A stretch of 58,466 nucleotides of DNA from Chthonomonadaceae bacterium (GTDB lineage: Bacteria; Armatimonadota; Chthonomonadetes; Chthonomonadales; Chthonomonadaceae). Within the stretch, counting starts at the first letter, position 1. Each line of letters begins with the position of its first letter. Under the pieces are notes generated by a model that saw only the letters and a program-made list of their open reading frames with translations, made no database searches and was not told where the DNA came from. Below, piece after piece: positions 30,962-41,580 of this stretch. The translations under genes were made by a program, and so were the position numbers. The DNA lies in contig DASRGZ010000094.1 in assembly GCA_035650735.1 (NCBI GenBank), positions 1-58,466 of the forward strand, in the 5' to 3' direction.

Positions 30962-31252
30962 ATGCTGCGCTATCTGAATATGTTCGTGCTTATCGGCATC
31001 GCGCTGATAGGCATCAGTATCGTGGGGTTCGCGACACACAATAACTTTCTCAAGGAGCCCGGCCAGGCTATCAATCCCTGGGCTTCCCTGATCTACCTCG
31101 GCGCCGGCATTCTGATGCTCATCAACGGCTATGTCTCTATTCGTATGGCCCCGCCCCACATGGCGACGCCGCCTAGATCCGTAGAGATCAACACCAAGCA
31201 GTCGGATAGCGCCGAGCCATCAGAGCGCGCCGAGTCTACGGCGCATCATTAA
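30962..31252 (+). CDS. Small two-TM membrane protein
   Basis: Two hydrophobic segments; start ATG 30962. Confidence 0.7.
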   Translation: MLRYLNMFVLIGIALIGISIVGFATHNNFLKEPGQAINPWASLIYLGAGILMLINGYVSIRMAPPHMATPPRSVEINTKQSDSAEPSERAESTAHH

Positions 31253-31379
31253 TGACAACGCCCCGCCTCTCCCCAATAAATGAGAATAGAACTCCCCGGG
31301 AGGGGTGTCCCACTATAAGACGCCACAACATCTGCCTCCCGCGCTGCGGAAAGGCGGTTTGGAATAGGAGTGAGATGTA

Positions 31380-31685
31380 ATGCGTAAGCCCGATGAGGAA
31401 GTCAAGGAAGTGATCTGCTCGGAGACGGGTAAGCCGATGCCCAAAATTCCGCTGTGGATGGCAGGCATGAAGGTCAAATTCGTCAGCGATGAGGCGCGGC
31501 AGAAGCATCCATCCGCCGTCGGCATCCCCGATGTGGAACCGATCCGCCGCAGCCTGGTTTCTGCCGATGACGTGGAAGAACTCAAGGACTTTGAGGTGGT
31601 TGGCAACGCCATTGACCCGGAGGGCGACTTTGATGATATTGACCTTGAGGGAGACGAAGTCCTGGAAGAGGAGTTCGAGGGCTAG
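31380..31685 (+). CDS. Small hypothetical protein with acidic C-terminal tail
   Basis: RBS AGGAGTGA; D/E-rich tail. Confidence 0.75.
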   Translation: MRKPDEEVKEVICSETGKPMPKIPLWMAGMKVKFVSDEARQKHPSAVGIPDVEPIRRSLVSADDVEELKDFEVVGNAIDPEGDFDDIDLEGDEVLEEEFEG

Positions 31686-31882
31686 GAGAATGTGCGGACC
31701 TCCGGCCTCGCCCGGCCCTTATGCTCTTCAATAATTCGGCAAAGTCAGACTTGTCCAAACAGAGAATCAAAGCTCATGAGGGCCAGACTAAGGGTGGCTG
31801 GCTGCAAGAGGCTCGAAAGGCAAAGGCCCGTGTCGTACTCAGTGCGACCGGGCCTTTAATACGCCTTCTGCTTCTGTACAGC

Positions 31883-33331
31883 CTATTGTGCGACAGAGAG
31901 GGAAGGCTGCGCGTCGGCGCTCTGGGTGCTCTCCGGGGAGCTCGGGGTAGGCTCTCCTTCTGTCCCCTGGCCGGGCAGCGGCAGGAAATGCAGATACGAG
32001 GCCATGCGCTCCACGGAGTCGGCGCTGGGATCGATCAGGTCCGCCGCGAGGCGATCTATCTCGGCAAAAAGCAGTGGGGACTCGCTGCCAGTCTCGCCGG
32101 AGGCATCCGGCTCGGCCTGGATGAGGACGCGAACGCGCGTCAGGCTGGTATCCTTGCTGAGCACGGAGCGGGCCGCGCGATAGGCATTGCGCAGCAGGGT
32201 GGGCTGCGCGACGTCGCGGGAGGGAGCGGTCACCTTGACACTGGCAACGCCGCTCGCGGCATCCTTCTGCGTGTCGGCTATGCGCATTCCCCCCTCCAGC
32301 AAGGCGCTCTCTGCCGCTGCGCCCGGCAGGCCCTCTCCCGGCTGCGCGCTCGGCTGCGAGCTCAAGGGCACAACGGCGTTCACCGGCGCCAACGGCAGGC
32401 GAGACTGCTCGTTCGGCTCCTGAGGTTGGGGCGGGTGGTGGGAGGAATCGGAGGAGGGAGCGCTCGTCCGGTCGGGCGGCAGGCCGGTGCCGCTGTTCTC
32501 TATCGGCGGCGTGCTTGGTGTCAGGCTGCCCTGCGTTCGCGCGGCACCCGGGTTGGGCGGCGGCAGCATGCTGCCGACGTTGCCAGCCGGGATGACGGCG
32601 GGCGGAGGAGCGGGCTGTGGTATCGGGGAGACGTGGCGTCGGCTGCTCTGCATCGCCAGGAGCGCCACGACCATCAGGATCAGAAAGACGACCGAGGTGA
32701 GGGTGATGCCGAGCAGCCATCGGCGCGGAGAGATGCCCAGCAGGGCCGCCGTTCCGGCAGGTACGGCGCCGTCGCCGTCCGGGCTGACCGGCGTCAGAGC
32801 AGCCGGACTGCCGGCAAGCCGCCGTCCGGGCGCGCTCAGCAGCCGGGCGCGAAGGCGCTCCTGATCCCGCAGCTTGGCTTCGTCGGCAGGGTTCGGGCGC
32901 AGTTCCAGCGCCATGCGGTACCACTGGATCGCATCGTCGGTCTTGCCCTGATCGCGGTAGATATCGCCCAATAGCGAGTGCGCCGCCGGATTGCCGGGCT
33001 GCGCGCGCAGCACCTCGATGCAGCGCTCCACGGCCTCCTCCCACTGGCCGCGCAGCCGGAACAGATTCGCCCGCGTCAGCGCCGTGCGCAGCGCCTCCTC
33101 TTTGAGCAGATCGGCGGCTCCAGCCATCCCTGCCGGCGCGAACGTTCCCTGCGTCTCCAGCGCATCGGCTCTGTTCCCGGTAGAGGCGACCACCCGCGTG
33201 CCGGTAACGGTATGGGTCGCCGCTTCCATCGGGAGGGACTTTGCCTCAGCCGCCAGCGCGGTAGGCTGCCCACATTGTGGGCAGTAGCGACAATCATCCG
33301 TCATATGAACAGCGCAGTGCGTGCATTGCAT
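31883..33331 (-). CDS. Zinc-ribbon plus TPR membrane protein
   Basis: CTHC..CPQCG; TPR (AHSLLGDIY..QGK.DDAIQWY); one TM; Pro-rich linker. Confidence 0.85.
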   Translation of the reverse strand: MQCTHCAVHMTDDCRYCPQCGQPTALAAEAKSLPMEAATHTVTGTRVVASTGNRADALETQGTFAPAGMAGAADLLKEEALRTALTRANLFRLRGQWEEAVERCIEVLRAQPGNPAAHSLLGDIYRDQGKTDDAIQWYRMALELRPNPADEAKLRDQERLRARLLSAPGRRLAGSPAALTPVSPDGDGAVPAGTAALLGISPRRWLLGITLTSVVFLILMVVALLAMQSSRRHVSPIPQPAPPPAVIPAGNVGSMLPPPNPGAARTQGSLTPSTPPIENSGTGLPPDRTSAPSSDSSHHPPQPQEPNEQSRLPLAPVNAVVPLSSQPSAQPGEGLPGAAAESALLEGGMRIADTQKDAASGVASVKVTAPSRDVAQPTLLRNAYRAARSVLSKDTSLTRVRVLIQAEPDASGETGSESPLLFAEIDRLAADLIDPSADSVERMASYLHFLPLPGQGTEGEPTPSSPESTQSADAQPSLSVAQ

Positions 33332-33519
33332 GCCGATGAGCCTCTCTTCGCTCTCTGTGACAAGTCCAAGCGCAAGGGCAATCCCTTTCCGTGCCGGCTT
33401 GCCCTCATCGCTCTCTGTTACGGCAGCTACAGCTCTCTTATATCAAGTCCGAGGGAATACTTATCGTATGGCTACCTCAAGGTGCAGCGCATATGGGAAG
33501 AAATTCACCGGATTGGATA

Positions 33520-34011
33520 TTAGACCTCGCCGCCGGGTGGGGTAACGCCTGTGCTGCCGAAACCGCCCTCGCCACGCGCGGTGGCCTCTAGTTCGTCCGT
33601 CTCGACCAGTTGGGCGCGCGTCACGGGCGCGACGACTAGCTGGGCGATGCGGTCGCCCCGGCGAATGATGAACGGCGCCTCTCCCCAATTAATCAAAATT
33701 ACCTGGACGATGCCTCGGTAGTCCGCATCAATGGTGCCCGGCGCGTTAACAATGCCGATCCCGTGCCGTGCGGCCAGTCCGCTGCGGGCGCGCACCTGCG
33801 CCTCATAGCCGGAGGGCAGGGCGATTCGCAGCCCGGTAGAGACAAGCGCCCGCTCGCCGGGCCGTAGGGTCAGCGGTCGGTCGGCGGGCAGGGCGGCATG
33901 GAGATCCATTCCCGCCGCCTCCGGCGTGGCGTAGGCAGGCAAAGGCAGATCCGCAGCCTCTGGCTCACGCCGAACGGCAAGGCGAATCGGTTCGCGCTGC
34001 GCTTGACTCAT
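33520..34011 (-). CDS. dut: dUTP diphosphatase
   Basis: [36 protein letters not shown] motifs. Confidence 0.98.
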   Translation of the reverse strand: MSQAQREPIRLAVRREPEAADLPLPAYATPEAAGMDLHAALPADRPLTLRPGERALVSTGLRIALPSGYEAQVRARSGLAARHGIGIVNAPGTIDADYRGIVQVILINWGEAPFIIRRGDRIAQLVVAPVTRAQLVETDELEATARGEGGFGSTGVTPPGGEV

Positions 34012-35789
34012 ACGGCATTCGGCTCCTCGGCCTCCTGCGGCTGCTTAACCGGGATGCGGAACCAGAAGGTCGAGCCTTTGCCGACGGTGCTTTCCACCCA
34101 CATCGTGCCGTGATGCCGCTGAATCAGATTTTTGACCAGGAACAGGCCGATGCCCGTGCCGCTGACCCTACTGCCCGTCGGGTGCCTGTGGTTGACGCGG
34201 AAGAACTTCTCGCCCAGCTTCTTGAGCGCCGCTTCGGGAATGCCCAGACCCTGATCTTTGACCCCCAGAACCACAGACCCCTGCGGGAACTCATCGTTGG
34301 CCGGCTCTAGTCTCCCGATAATCCGTACTTCGCCGCCGTCCGGAGAGTATTTGATGGCATTGGAGACGAAGTTCTGGAGGATGTTCTGGATCTTGTCCGG
34401 GTCGGTTTCGGCGTAGATATGCTCCGGCTCAAAATCGATGACCAGCGTGTGCTTGTCCGACCGCCCGCGCTGCGTGCTGACGACCTCCTCGGCGGCCTCA
34501 CGCAGGTCTACGTTCTCTTCCCAGTTCATCTCGATGCCTGCCGCGCCCATGCGCTCAATGCGCGAGACGTTAAGCAGGTCGTTGATGAGCCGGCCCAGCC
34601 GGTCCACGTTCTCCTCGATGATCTGGTAGAACTCGCGGCGATCCTCACGGGTGTACCACTCTTCGTTCTCGTCATCGAGCAGGGTGCGCACGAACCCCTT
34701 CATCGGCGTTAACGGCGTGCGCAACTCATGGGAGACGATGGAGACGAACTCGGTCTTCATGCGCTCGACGTTGCGGATGTCGGTGATGTCGTTGAAGATG
34801 ACGACGGTGCCGATGGGCTGTTCTTTATCGTCACGCACGACCGCAGCATGCACCTGATAGATATACTGCTCTTCATCTTGGTCGGTAATGGTGATCTCGT
34901 CGGGCTGACGGCGCCCGTTCTGCGAGTCGTCCTCCTCGCTGTTGACCAAGTCCGGGTTTTGAACCTCTTCAATTTTGCGGCGGATGACCTTCAGGCAGTT
35001 CTCATCTCGAACGATCTCGGCCAGCGGCCTGCCGGTGGGGTTTTCGCCCTGTTTCAAGCCAAACATGGCGCGGGCCTGGGCGTTCATCTGACCGATGCGC
35101 TCATGCTGATTGACCAGGATCAGCCCGGCGGTGAGGCTTTCGAGGGTATGGACGAGCTTCTGCTTCTCCTCGACGACCTCCTGGAACAACTGGGCATTGG
35201 CGATGACCGCCGCCGTGTTGCCGGAGAGCCGCACGAGCAGGCGCACGTCTTCTTCAATGAATTCGCCGCCATAGCGCTTATTGAAGCAATGGAGGACGCC
35301 GACCATGATGCGGTCTACCAGGCGGTTCTGTTCGTCGCGTTTCTCGATGAACAGGGGAACAGTGAGGCCGTTGTGGATACGCAGTTGCTGGAAGAGGGCC
35401 TTTTCGGTGCCCGTCACCTCCGCTACATCGTGAAAAATGAGGGGCTCCCCGGAACGGAAGACCTCGCCGGAGATGCTGGTATCCACGCCAACGCGGAACT
35501 GGGCGACCTCGTCCTCTTTGAGCCCAAAGGCGGGCGAGCGGGCTATCAGGTCGCCGGTTTCCCGGTCGCGGATCATAATGACGCACTTCTCGGCCTGCAA
35601 GATCATGGCGATGCGCTGCACCAGGCGCTTGAGCGTCTCCTCAAACTCGGTAATGGGCACCGGCGGCTCACCGACGACCTCAGCAGCACCCGACCTGGCG
35701 CGCTCTAGCTCGGCGATCCGCTGCTTGGCTGCCGCCAGTTCGTTTTCGAGTTGCTGTATACGTTCCCCGCTGTTCGCATCCGTTATCAC
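34008..35789 (-). CDS. Cytoplasmic GAF-PAS sensor histidine kinase
   Basis: GAF ([11 protein letters not shown]), [29 protein letters not shown]. Confidence 0.96.
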   Translation of the reverse strand: MITDANSGERIQQLENELAAAKQRIAELERARSGAAEVVGEPPVPITEFEETLKRLVQRIAMILQAEKCVIMIRDRETGDLIARSPAFGLKEDEVAQFRVGVDTSISGEVFRSGEPLIFHDVAEVTGTEKALFQQLRIHNGLTVPLFIEKRDEQNRLVDRIMVGVLHCFNKRYGGEFIEEDVRLLVRLSGNTAAVIANAQLFQEVVEEKQKLVHTLESLTAGLILVNQHERIGQMNAQARAMFGLKQGENPTGRPLAEIVRDENCLKVIRRKIEEVQNPDLVNSEEDDSQNGRRQPDEITITDQDEEQYIYQVHAAVVRDDKEQPIGTVVIFNDITDIRNVERMKTEFVSIVSHELRTPLTPMKGFVRTLLDDENEEWYTREDRREFYQIIEENVDRLGRLINDLLNVSRIERMGAAGIEMNWEENVDLREAAEEVVSTQRGRSDKHTLVIDFEPEHIYAETDPDKIQNILQNFVSNAIKYSPDGGEVRIIGRLEPANDEFPQGSVVLGVKDQGLGIPEAALKKLGEKFFRVNHRHPTGSRVSGTGIGLFLVKNLIQRHHGTMWVESTVGKGSTFWFRIPVKQPQEAEEPNAV

Positions 35790-36094
35790 TTGCCGTGTTC
35801 TCCTGAGCTATGCAAGCCAAAACGCACGTTGGGTCTGGCTTTCTGTTCCCTGCCTGACGGCGTTGCTCGCCTGTGATGGGTAGATCGAAAATATGCAGGC
35901 AGCCGTATGCCAGGGAACGTTCCATTATATCATACCGATTCGGCAAGCGTCAACCGAAGGAGGAGAAACGAAAGCAGAGAGGATTGGGAGACGGCAGATC
36001 GCGGCCCCGTCCTGGTGATTCAGGGACGGACAGATGGGTTTTCGGGCGGCTAAAGCCGCAGCAACAAAAGCACAAAGTCGCCCTACGGCGACTG

Positions 36095-36210
36095 CCCTCA
36101 CCCCCTGCCCCCTCTCCCGGCGCTGCGGCAGAGGGGAACGGGGAAGCCGGGTCCCCCCCTTCCCTAGCGAGGGACGAGCGGGTAGGGAAGGGGGACGGGG
36201 GGGTTAGGTG
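36095..36210. repeat. Family B REP-like element lacking the micro-element (empty site)
   Basis: Minus strand GTCCCCC-TT-CCCTAC at about 36196-36182. Confidence 0.8.
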
Positions 36211-36291
36211 GGAGCCCGCGTAGGCGGACTTTGTGCTCTTGTTGCCGCGAATTCATTCGCCCGCTTCCGGTGCGGTAGGAAGCGCGGCCAG

Positions 36292-37425
36292 TCAGCCCGT
36301 ATTTCCGCGCCCGAAGAGACGGCGCCAGCCGGTGCGCGGACGTCCCTGCGGCGGCGAAACCGGAGGCACGGGCGCTCCGCCGACCGAGGCCGGCTGCACC
36401 AGCGACCCGGTTTCCGGCACGTTGGCAAGGGGGCTAAACGATGCGGGCTGCGTCGCCGCGTTGATGATGGCCTGCGCGCCGTTCTCAGCGGCAGCCAGAT
36501 CGGCAGAATGGTAGGTGGGAACGGGCAGCAGGTCGCGTACCGAGATGACGATCACCGTGATATTATCGCGCCCGCCGTGCGCGTTGGCCAGTTCTACCAG
36601 TTGCCGGGCGGCCTCGGACGGCGCGTGGCTGCTGACGATGCGTGCCATCTCCTCGTCGTGGACATGGCCCGTCAGCCCGTCCGAACAGAGCACCCAAATA
36701 TCGCCCACGCGGGTCTGCTCTTCGTAAAAATCGGGCTGGATGGTCGGGGCCGCGCCGATGGAGCGAGTGATGACGTTGCGAAACGGCGACATCTCCGCAT
36801 CGTAGCGCGTGAGCACGCCCGCGCGCACCTGCTCTTCGACCCAGGAATGGTCGTGGGTGATCTGGCGCGGGGTTCTGTCTCGAATGAGATAGGCGCGGCT
36901 ATCGCCCACCTGCGCGATGACGACCCGATCCTCGATGAAGACCGCCGCCGTTAGCGTGGTGCCCATCCCGGCGCGCTCCGGGATCATCTGGGCCAGGGTG
37001 TATATCTTCTCGTTGGTCTGCTCGATGGCCTCGCGCAGCGCCACCTTGAGGTCGGGGGAGGGATGGTCGTAGTAGAGGGCGATCAGATTCTTGAGCATCA
37101 TTTCGCTGGCGATCTGGCCGGCCAGCGCTCCCCCGATGCCATCTCCCACCGCGAACAGGCTGCCGCGCGCCGCCAGGATCGCGGGCACTTCCGGCTCGTA
37201 GAAATCGAACTTGTCCTCGTTATTCTCGCGCACCTGCCCCATGTCGGTTTTGGCGGCGAATTTGAGCAGCGGGATGACGCGCGGCATTTTCGCCTCGTAT
37301 TCGCGCCAGCCGCGCACCAGTTCCTCGCGCGCAAATTTGGCCGTCGTCTCCCGCTCGGATTCCTGCACGTCGCCCGAGTCGCCGAGTGAGCTGCTTGTGC
37401 CAGGGTTGGCGTTGAGTTCGCTCAT
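36292..37425 (-). CDS. PP2C/Stp1-type Ser/Thr phosphatase
   Basis: RENNED, DGIGG, GMGTT, QVGDSRAY, CSDGL, GRDNIT motifs. Confidence 0.96.
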   Translation of the reverse strand: MSELNANPGTSSSLGDSGDVQESERETTAKFAREELVRGWREYEAKMPRVIPLLKFAAKTDMGQVRENNEDKFDFYEPEVPAILAARGSLFAVGDGIGGALAGQIASEMMLKNLIALYYDHPSPDLKVALREAIEQTNEKIYTLAQMIPERAGMGTTLTAAVFIEDRVVIAQVGDSRAYLIRDRTPRQITHDHSWVEEQVRAGVLTRYDAEMSPFRNVITRSIGAAPTIQPDFYEEQTRVGDIWVLCSDGLTGHVHDEEMARIVSSHAPSEAARQLVELANAHGGRDNITVIVISVRDLLPVPTYHSADLAAAENGAQAIINAATQPASFSPLANVPETGSLVQPASVGGAPVPPVSPPQGRPRTGWRRLFGRGNTG

Positions 37426-37441
37426 GCAGTCGTCCCCTATC

Positions 37442-38323
37442 CTATGCCGCCAGCGGAACCAGGTCGCGGACCCAGATGACCATTGCCGTGATGTTATCGT
37501 GACCGCCGCGCTCCTTGGCCAGGTTGACCATTTCCCAGACTGCCTCGGAAGGGCAGGACTTGAGCGCGATCTGGCGTATCTCCTCGTCCTGGAGATAGGC
37601 GGTCAGGCCGTCGGTGCAGAGCACCCAGCGATCAGCTTTCTTGACCAACTCGATGTAGATATCCGGCTCGACGGTAGACTGCGTGCCTATCGAGCGGGTG
37701 ATGACGTTTTTATAGGTGGCGCGCGCGGCCTCTTCTTCGGAGATACGGCCCATGCGCCGCCACTCCTCCACCAGGGAGTGGTCCAGAGTGACCTGGCGTA
37801 TCTGCTCGTCCCGGATCAGGTAGGCACGGCTATCGCCGACCTGGGCGATATAGACCCGGTTGCGCACGAAGGCGGTAACCGTCAGCGTCGTTCCCATTCC
37901 GGAGAGCTCCTGGCGTTTGCTCGCGTAGTTGCGCACGACGCCATTGGCCACCAGGATCGCGTTTTTCAGGGCGGTCTCCACATCAATGGGCGTGCCGTCG
38001 AGGTTTAACTGATTATAATACTTATAGTAGGCTTCGATGAGCGTATTGAGCGCGTGCTCGCTGGCGATCTGGCCATAGGCCGCGCCGCCCATGCCATCGC
38101 AGACCGCGTACAGGCTTCCGCGCTGGGATAGAACCTTGGGATCGTCGGGTTCGTAGAAATCGAACTTGTCCTCATTGTTCTCGCGCTTCATACCCATATC
38201 GGTCTTGGCACCGAACTTGATTTCCGGACGGACGGGCGCCTCCTCCGGCTGTATCAAACCGGCTTTAATTAGCTCATTTGGGTCAAGTATATCCGTCAAC
38301 TCAGAGCTCCGGTCCACCCCCAC
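37442..38323 (-). CDS. PP2C/Stp1-type Ser/Thr phosphatase (start GTG 38323 or TTG 38299)
   Basis: RENNED, CDGMGG, GMGTT, QVGDSRAY, CTDGL, GHDNIT motifs. Confidence 0.95.
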   Translation of the reverse strand: MGVDRSSELTDILDPNELIKAGLIQPEEAPVRPEIKFGAKTDMGMKRENNEDKFDFYEPDDPKVLSQRGSLYAVCDGMGGAAYGQIASEHALNTLIEAYYKYYNQLNLDGTPIDVETALKNAILVANGVVRNYASKRQELSGMGTTLTVTAFVRNRVYIAQVGDSRAYLIRDEQIRQVTLDHSLVEEWRRMGRISEEEAARATYKNVITRSIGTQSTVEPDIYIELVKKADRWVLCTDGLTAYLQDEEIRQIALKSCPSEAVWEMVNLAKERGGHDNITAMVIWVRDLVPLAA

Positions 38324-38403
38324 GCGTGTGGGGAATTAGGAAGCGCCCGTCTCGTTCCACGGAAAGGGGTCGCTCACAGTTCACCCCCGCGCGTGGGGAA
38401 TAG
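38310..38403 (-). CRISPR. Orphan mini-array: two type I-E-like repeats flanking one 38-nt spacer
   Basis: CTATTCCCCACGCGCGGGGGTGAACTG (38403-38377) and TAATTCCCCACACGCGTGGGGGTGGACCG (38338-38310); no cas genes in the window. Confidence 0.7.
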
Positions 38404-38419
38404 CGTTCGTGGCGGCATG

Positions 38420-39511
38420 TCAGGCGCTGGCTTCGTCGCCGGCCTCACCCTCGTCAGGCAGTGGTTCTGCGCCATTTTGCAGCGCGGCTGCCTCCGCGCT
38501 GGCTGGCGGCGCGCCCTCCACCGGCGCCTGCTCGGAGAACACAAACCGGTAGCGGCTCTGGCCAAGCTGGACCTCATCGCCTTCGAGCAGCAGTTGGCGC
38601 TCTCCGGGCGCCAGTCTCTGCCCGTTGACCACCGTGCCGTTTGTGCTGCCCTCGTCGATCAGATAGGTGCCGGTGTTGTCCGTCACTATCGTGGCGTGAC
38701 GGCCGGAAATATAGGGGTCTTTGGGCAGCGACACGGTGTTGCCAGCACGGCGACCAATCGTCATCGTGCCCGTATAGACGGGAATGTCGTCGGAGGGGCC
38801 CTCGATCTTCTGGAGCGTGGCCACCATCGGTCCGGTCGGCTGTTCCGGCGCGGGCTGCGCCTGGGACGCCTCGGCCATTTGCGTGCGCTCCGAGGCCGGG
38901 ACGGCAACGGTCGGCTCCGCCGCGCCCGGAGTGGGCACCGGGCCGGCTCCTGCGATCTCCAGCGTCACCCGCCAGTTGCCGAACTTGAGCGGCATTCCGT
39001 GCACGGCGGGCGTCGGCTGGTTGGGCGGGATGCGGCGGTCGCCCACCTTGGTGCCGTTGCTGCTGCCCAGGTCTTCGACGGTCACCTGGCCGTTCTCGAC
39101 AACGATCCGCGCATGATGGCGCGACACCGTTCCCTCGTTGACCAGCACATCCGTTCCCTGGCGTCCCAGCGTATTGATGCCCTCGCGCAGGCGATAGCGG
39201 CGTCCATCGGCCATATCCACCAGCTCGGCGGCGGGCGTCTCCTCTGCTGGCACCTCGATGGGCTCAGCGCCCGCCGAAGCGAGCAGGAATCCACAGTCGC
39301 CGCAATAGGTCTCGGACACCGGCGTAGTCGCCTTACAGACGGGGCAGGTGATGGTGGCGCCAAGCTGAGTGCGGTAGGCATCGCCGCCCAGGCCGGTGGC
39401 GGGCATCTGCTGGGTCACGCCGACGGCGCCTGCAATTGGGGCAACCGCCGCGCTCTCTGCTGCCGGGCTTCCCGTGGGCGGCATGGCGCGCGTGGGATCT
39501 AGATGACTCAT
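38420..39511 (-). CDS. Zinc-ribbon plus double FHA domain protein
   Basis: CPVC..CGDC; two FHA signatures (LGR..VSRHHA..DLGSSNGT; IGR..ISGRHA..DEGSTNGT). Confidence 0.93.
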   Translation of the reverse strand: MSHLDPTRAMPPTGSPAAESAAVAPIAGAVGVTQQMPATGLGGDAYRTQLGATITCPVCKATTPVSETYCGDCGFLLASAGAEPIEVPAEETPAAELVDMADGRRYRLREGINTLGRQGTDVLVNEGTVSRHHARIVVENGQVTVEDLGSSNGTKVGDRRIPPNQPTPAVHGMPLKFGNWRVTLEIAGAGPVPTPGAAEPTVAVPASERTQMAEASQAQPAPEQPTGPMVATLQKIEGPSDDIPVYTGTMTIGRRAGNTVSLPKDPYISGRHATIVTDNTGTYLIDEGSTNGTVVNGQRLAPGERQLLLEGDEVQLGQSRYRFVFSEQAPVEGAPPASAEAAALQNGAEPLPDEGEAGDEASA

Positions 39512-40881
39512 TTGTGTTTTCCCTGATCGAGGTTATAGATGGTGCCGACGATGGTTTTCTCCACGTCGCCGCCGCTCTGGATGGTCTGCATCGCGGCCTC
39601 GACCTCCCGCGCCCTATCTGCCTGCCCGGCCTGGATCAGAACGGTGCGCGTCCGCTGCAACTCCTGAAGCGCGCCCATCGCCGTCATCTGCTGGGTCCGC
39701 ATGCCCATCATGGTGCGCTGCAAGTTCTGCGACGCCTGGGCGATCTCCAGCTCGTTCCGAACGATCTGGTTGACGTTGGCGGCCAGCAGGCTGCGGTCGT
39801 TGGTAAACTCCAACACGCAATCAGCGCCGGCGCGCTCGGTGCGGTTATTCACCACGTCGTCGTACGTTACCTCCACCCGGGCGACGCGAAATGTGCCGGG
39901 CGGATGGCGATCCAGCTCGAATTCGGCCAGCACTGTTCGCACCGTGCCCCGCTCGATGTCCGGCACGGTGACTTCCACGGTGCGCGGCCCGAACGCGGGC
40001 TGCTGTCCGTAGACCTGGCGCACCTGCGCCCAGCGCGACAGCAGGAAGCGCACCCGCACGTTCTTGGCAACGATGGTCATCAGCGTCTCTAATTCCCGCC
40101 GGTACACCTCCGGCAGCAGGTCGGGCCGCTGGATGTAGTAGTAGTTGCCGCCGCTGCGCCGGGCGATGCCGGCCATCAACTCCTCGTTGTACTCGCTGCC
40201 AAACCCAAGCGCCGTGACGGAGATGCCCTTCGTCTTCTGCTCGGCCACCTGCTGAACGATGGAGTTGTAGTCCTTCAGGCCCGCCGTCGGCTCGCCATCG
40301 GTCAAGAGCAGCACGCGATGCACGTAGCCAGGCGTCTGCGGCATGACGGAGGCGATCTGCATGCAGGCGGCCATCAGTCCATCGTAGAGATTGGTGGTGT
40401 TGCCGACTTCCAGGCGGTGGATATGCTCTTTGACGAGGGCCTTGTTGACGATGCGCCGGGCGGGCATGAGGACATCCACCTGCTCCTCGAAGGTGACGAT
40501 GGAGAGGATGTCGTTGGGTTCGAGCATGTCCACGACGTAATCGCAGGCGCGCTTGACGTATTCGAGCGGCTCGCCTTCCATGCTGCCGGAGCGGTCAATG
40601 CACAGGCAGATATTGATGGGCGCGCGCCGTCCTAGCTGCTGCCCGCTGGCCTTGAGCACGACCAGCGCATGCTCGCGGGAGACCTCGGGGGCCATCGCGT
40701 AGCGATTGCCGGGAATGCACTCCACTTCCAGCGTGGACATCGGGGGCTGCATCACCGTCTGCATGGGGTTTGCGCCCATCTGGGTCGGCATCACGCCCAT
40801 CTGCGTGCGCGGCACCCCCAGAACGGTCGGCGGCACCGCGCCACCGTTCGGTCCGCCCATCTGCTGCGTGCGGTCTTCCAT
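39508..40881 (-). CDS. VWA-domain protein (MIDAS intact)
   Basis: DRSGSM, T, LLTDG; N-terminal TQM repeats. Confidence 0.93.
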   Translation of the reverse strand: MEDRTQQMGGPNGGAVPPTVLGVPRTQMGVMPTQMGANPMQTVMQPPMSTLEVECIPGNRYAMAPEVSREHALVVLKASGQQLGRRAPINICLCIDRSGSMEGEPLEYVKRACDYVVDMLEPNDILSIVTFEEQVDVLMPARRIVNKALVKEHIHRLEVGNTTNLYDGLMAACMQIASVMPQTPGYVHRVLLLTDGEPTAGLKDYNSIVQQVAEQKTKGISVTALGFGSEYNEELMAGIARRSGGNYYYIQRPDLLPEVYRRELETLMTIVAKNVRVRFLLSRWAQVRQVYGQQPAFGPRTVEVTVPDIERGTVRTVLAEFELDRHPPGTFRVARVEVTYDDVVNNRTERAGADCVLEFTNDRSLLAANVNQIVRNELEIAQASQNLQRTMMGMRTQQMTAMGALQELQRTRTVLIQAGQADRAREVEAAMQTIQSGGDVEKTIVGTIYNLDQGKHK

Positions 40882-41008
40882 AATTTTGCCGATCTCCTCC
40901 GTTAAAACTCTCTATGATGCTATCCGGGTAGCACGACAGAGAACGGTAATTCTCTCAATCGCCCCAATTCAAGCTACGATTAGTGCGGCGTTTCCCTATC
41001 CAGCAGCC

Positions 41009-41329
41009 TCAGGCCGATTTTGTCAATTGGGAAGAATGTAGCCGTCTGACAAATTCCGCCATTGTTTCCTCTGCTTCTTCCATGCCACCAAACGTATAAT
41101 GTTTCCAACACACGGCCTCGCCACTCTGAATATCGGCAATTTCCATATCGCATTCGCCGCTATCCCATAGGGTTATCCTGCCTACGTATTCGTCCGTGTC
41201 GAAATCTGCTCGGATGGAGTTTTTGTCCGTATTCTCCGTAGACGGCGACAAAACCGCGTTGATACCATGCCGCTTTAACGTCATTTGATTTGGATTGATC
41301 CACGATTGAAAATAAGCTAGCCAGTTCAT
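41009..41329 (-). CDS. Immunity protein, TriTu-like
   Basis: 106 aa, low GC; GRITLWDSGECDME motif; follows a toxin-like fragment. Confidence 0.65.
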   Translation of the reverse strand: MNWLAYFQSWINPNQMTLKRHGINAVLSPSTENTDKNSIRADFDTDEYVGRITLWDSGECDMEIADIQSGEAVCWKHYTFGGMEEAEETMAEFVRRLHSSQLTKSA

Positions 41330-41430
41330 TTTCCTGACTCTCTATCGCTATCACAACTCACGCTGCAAGGAAATTCACCGCCTCAAGGCGCGAGCCCTGG
41401 CGTGACCTAAACAAACTGAGTTGACGAGAC

Positions 41431-41580
41431 TCAGGGTAACTTCGTTGCCACATGAACAATATTCTGGGCCGGTGGCATTTGTGGAATAGGCAAACCTTTC
41501 CGCGCCGCAAGGCGTCCTTCTAGCGAGTTTGGGCCGGGAATTTTGCCCCATCCACGTTGTGTAGGTACGACAGAAGAAGC
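41431..41580 (-). pseudogene. C-terminal fragment of a TreTu-like polymorphic toxin
   Basis: SSVVPTQRGWGKIPGPNSLEGRLAARKGLPIPQMPPAQNIVHVATKLP*; recalled similarity to the Rhs-CT EF-Tu ADP-ribosyltransferase end. Confidence 0.6.

Noticed and set aside
38440..38465. Possible third CRISPR repeat
   Set aside because: Only CGG..TCACCC similarity, no palindrome, and it lies within FHA coding sequence
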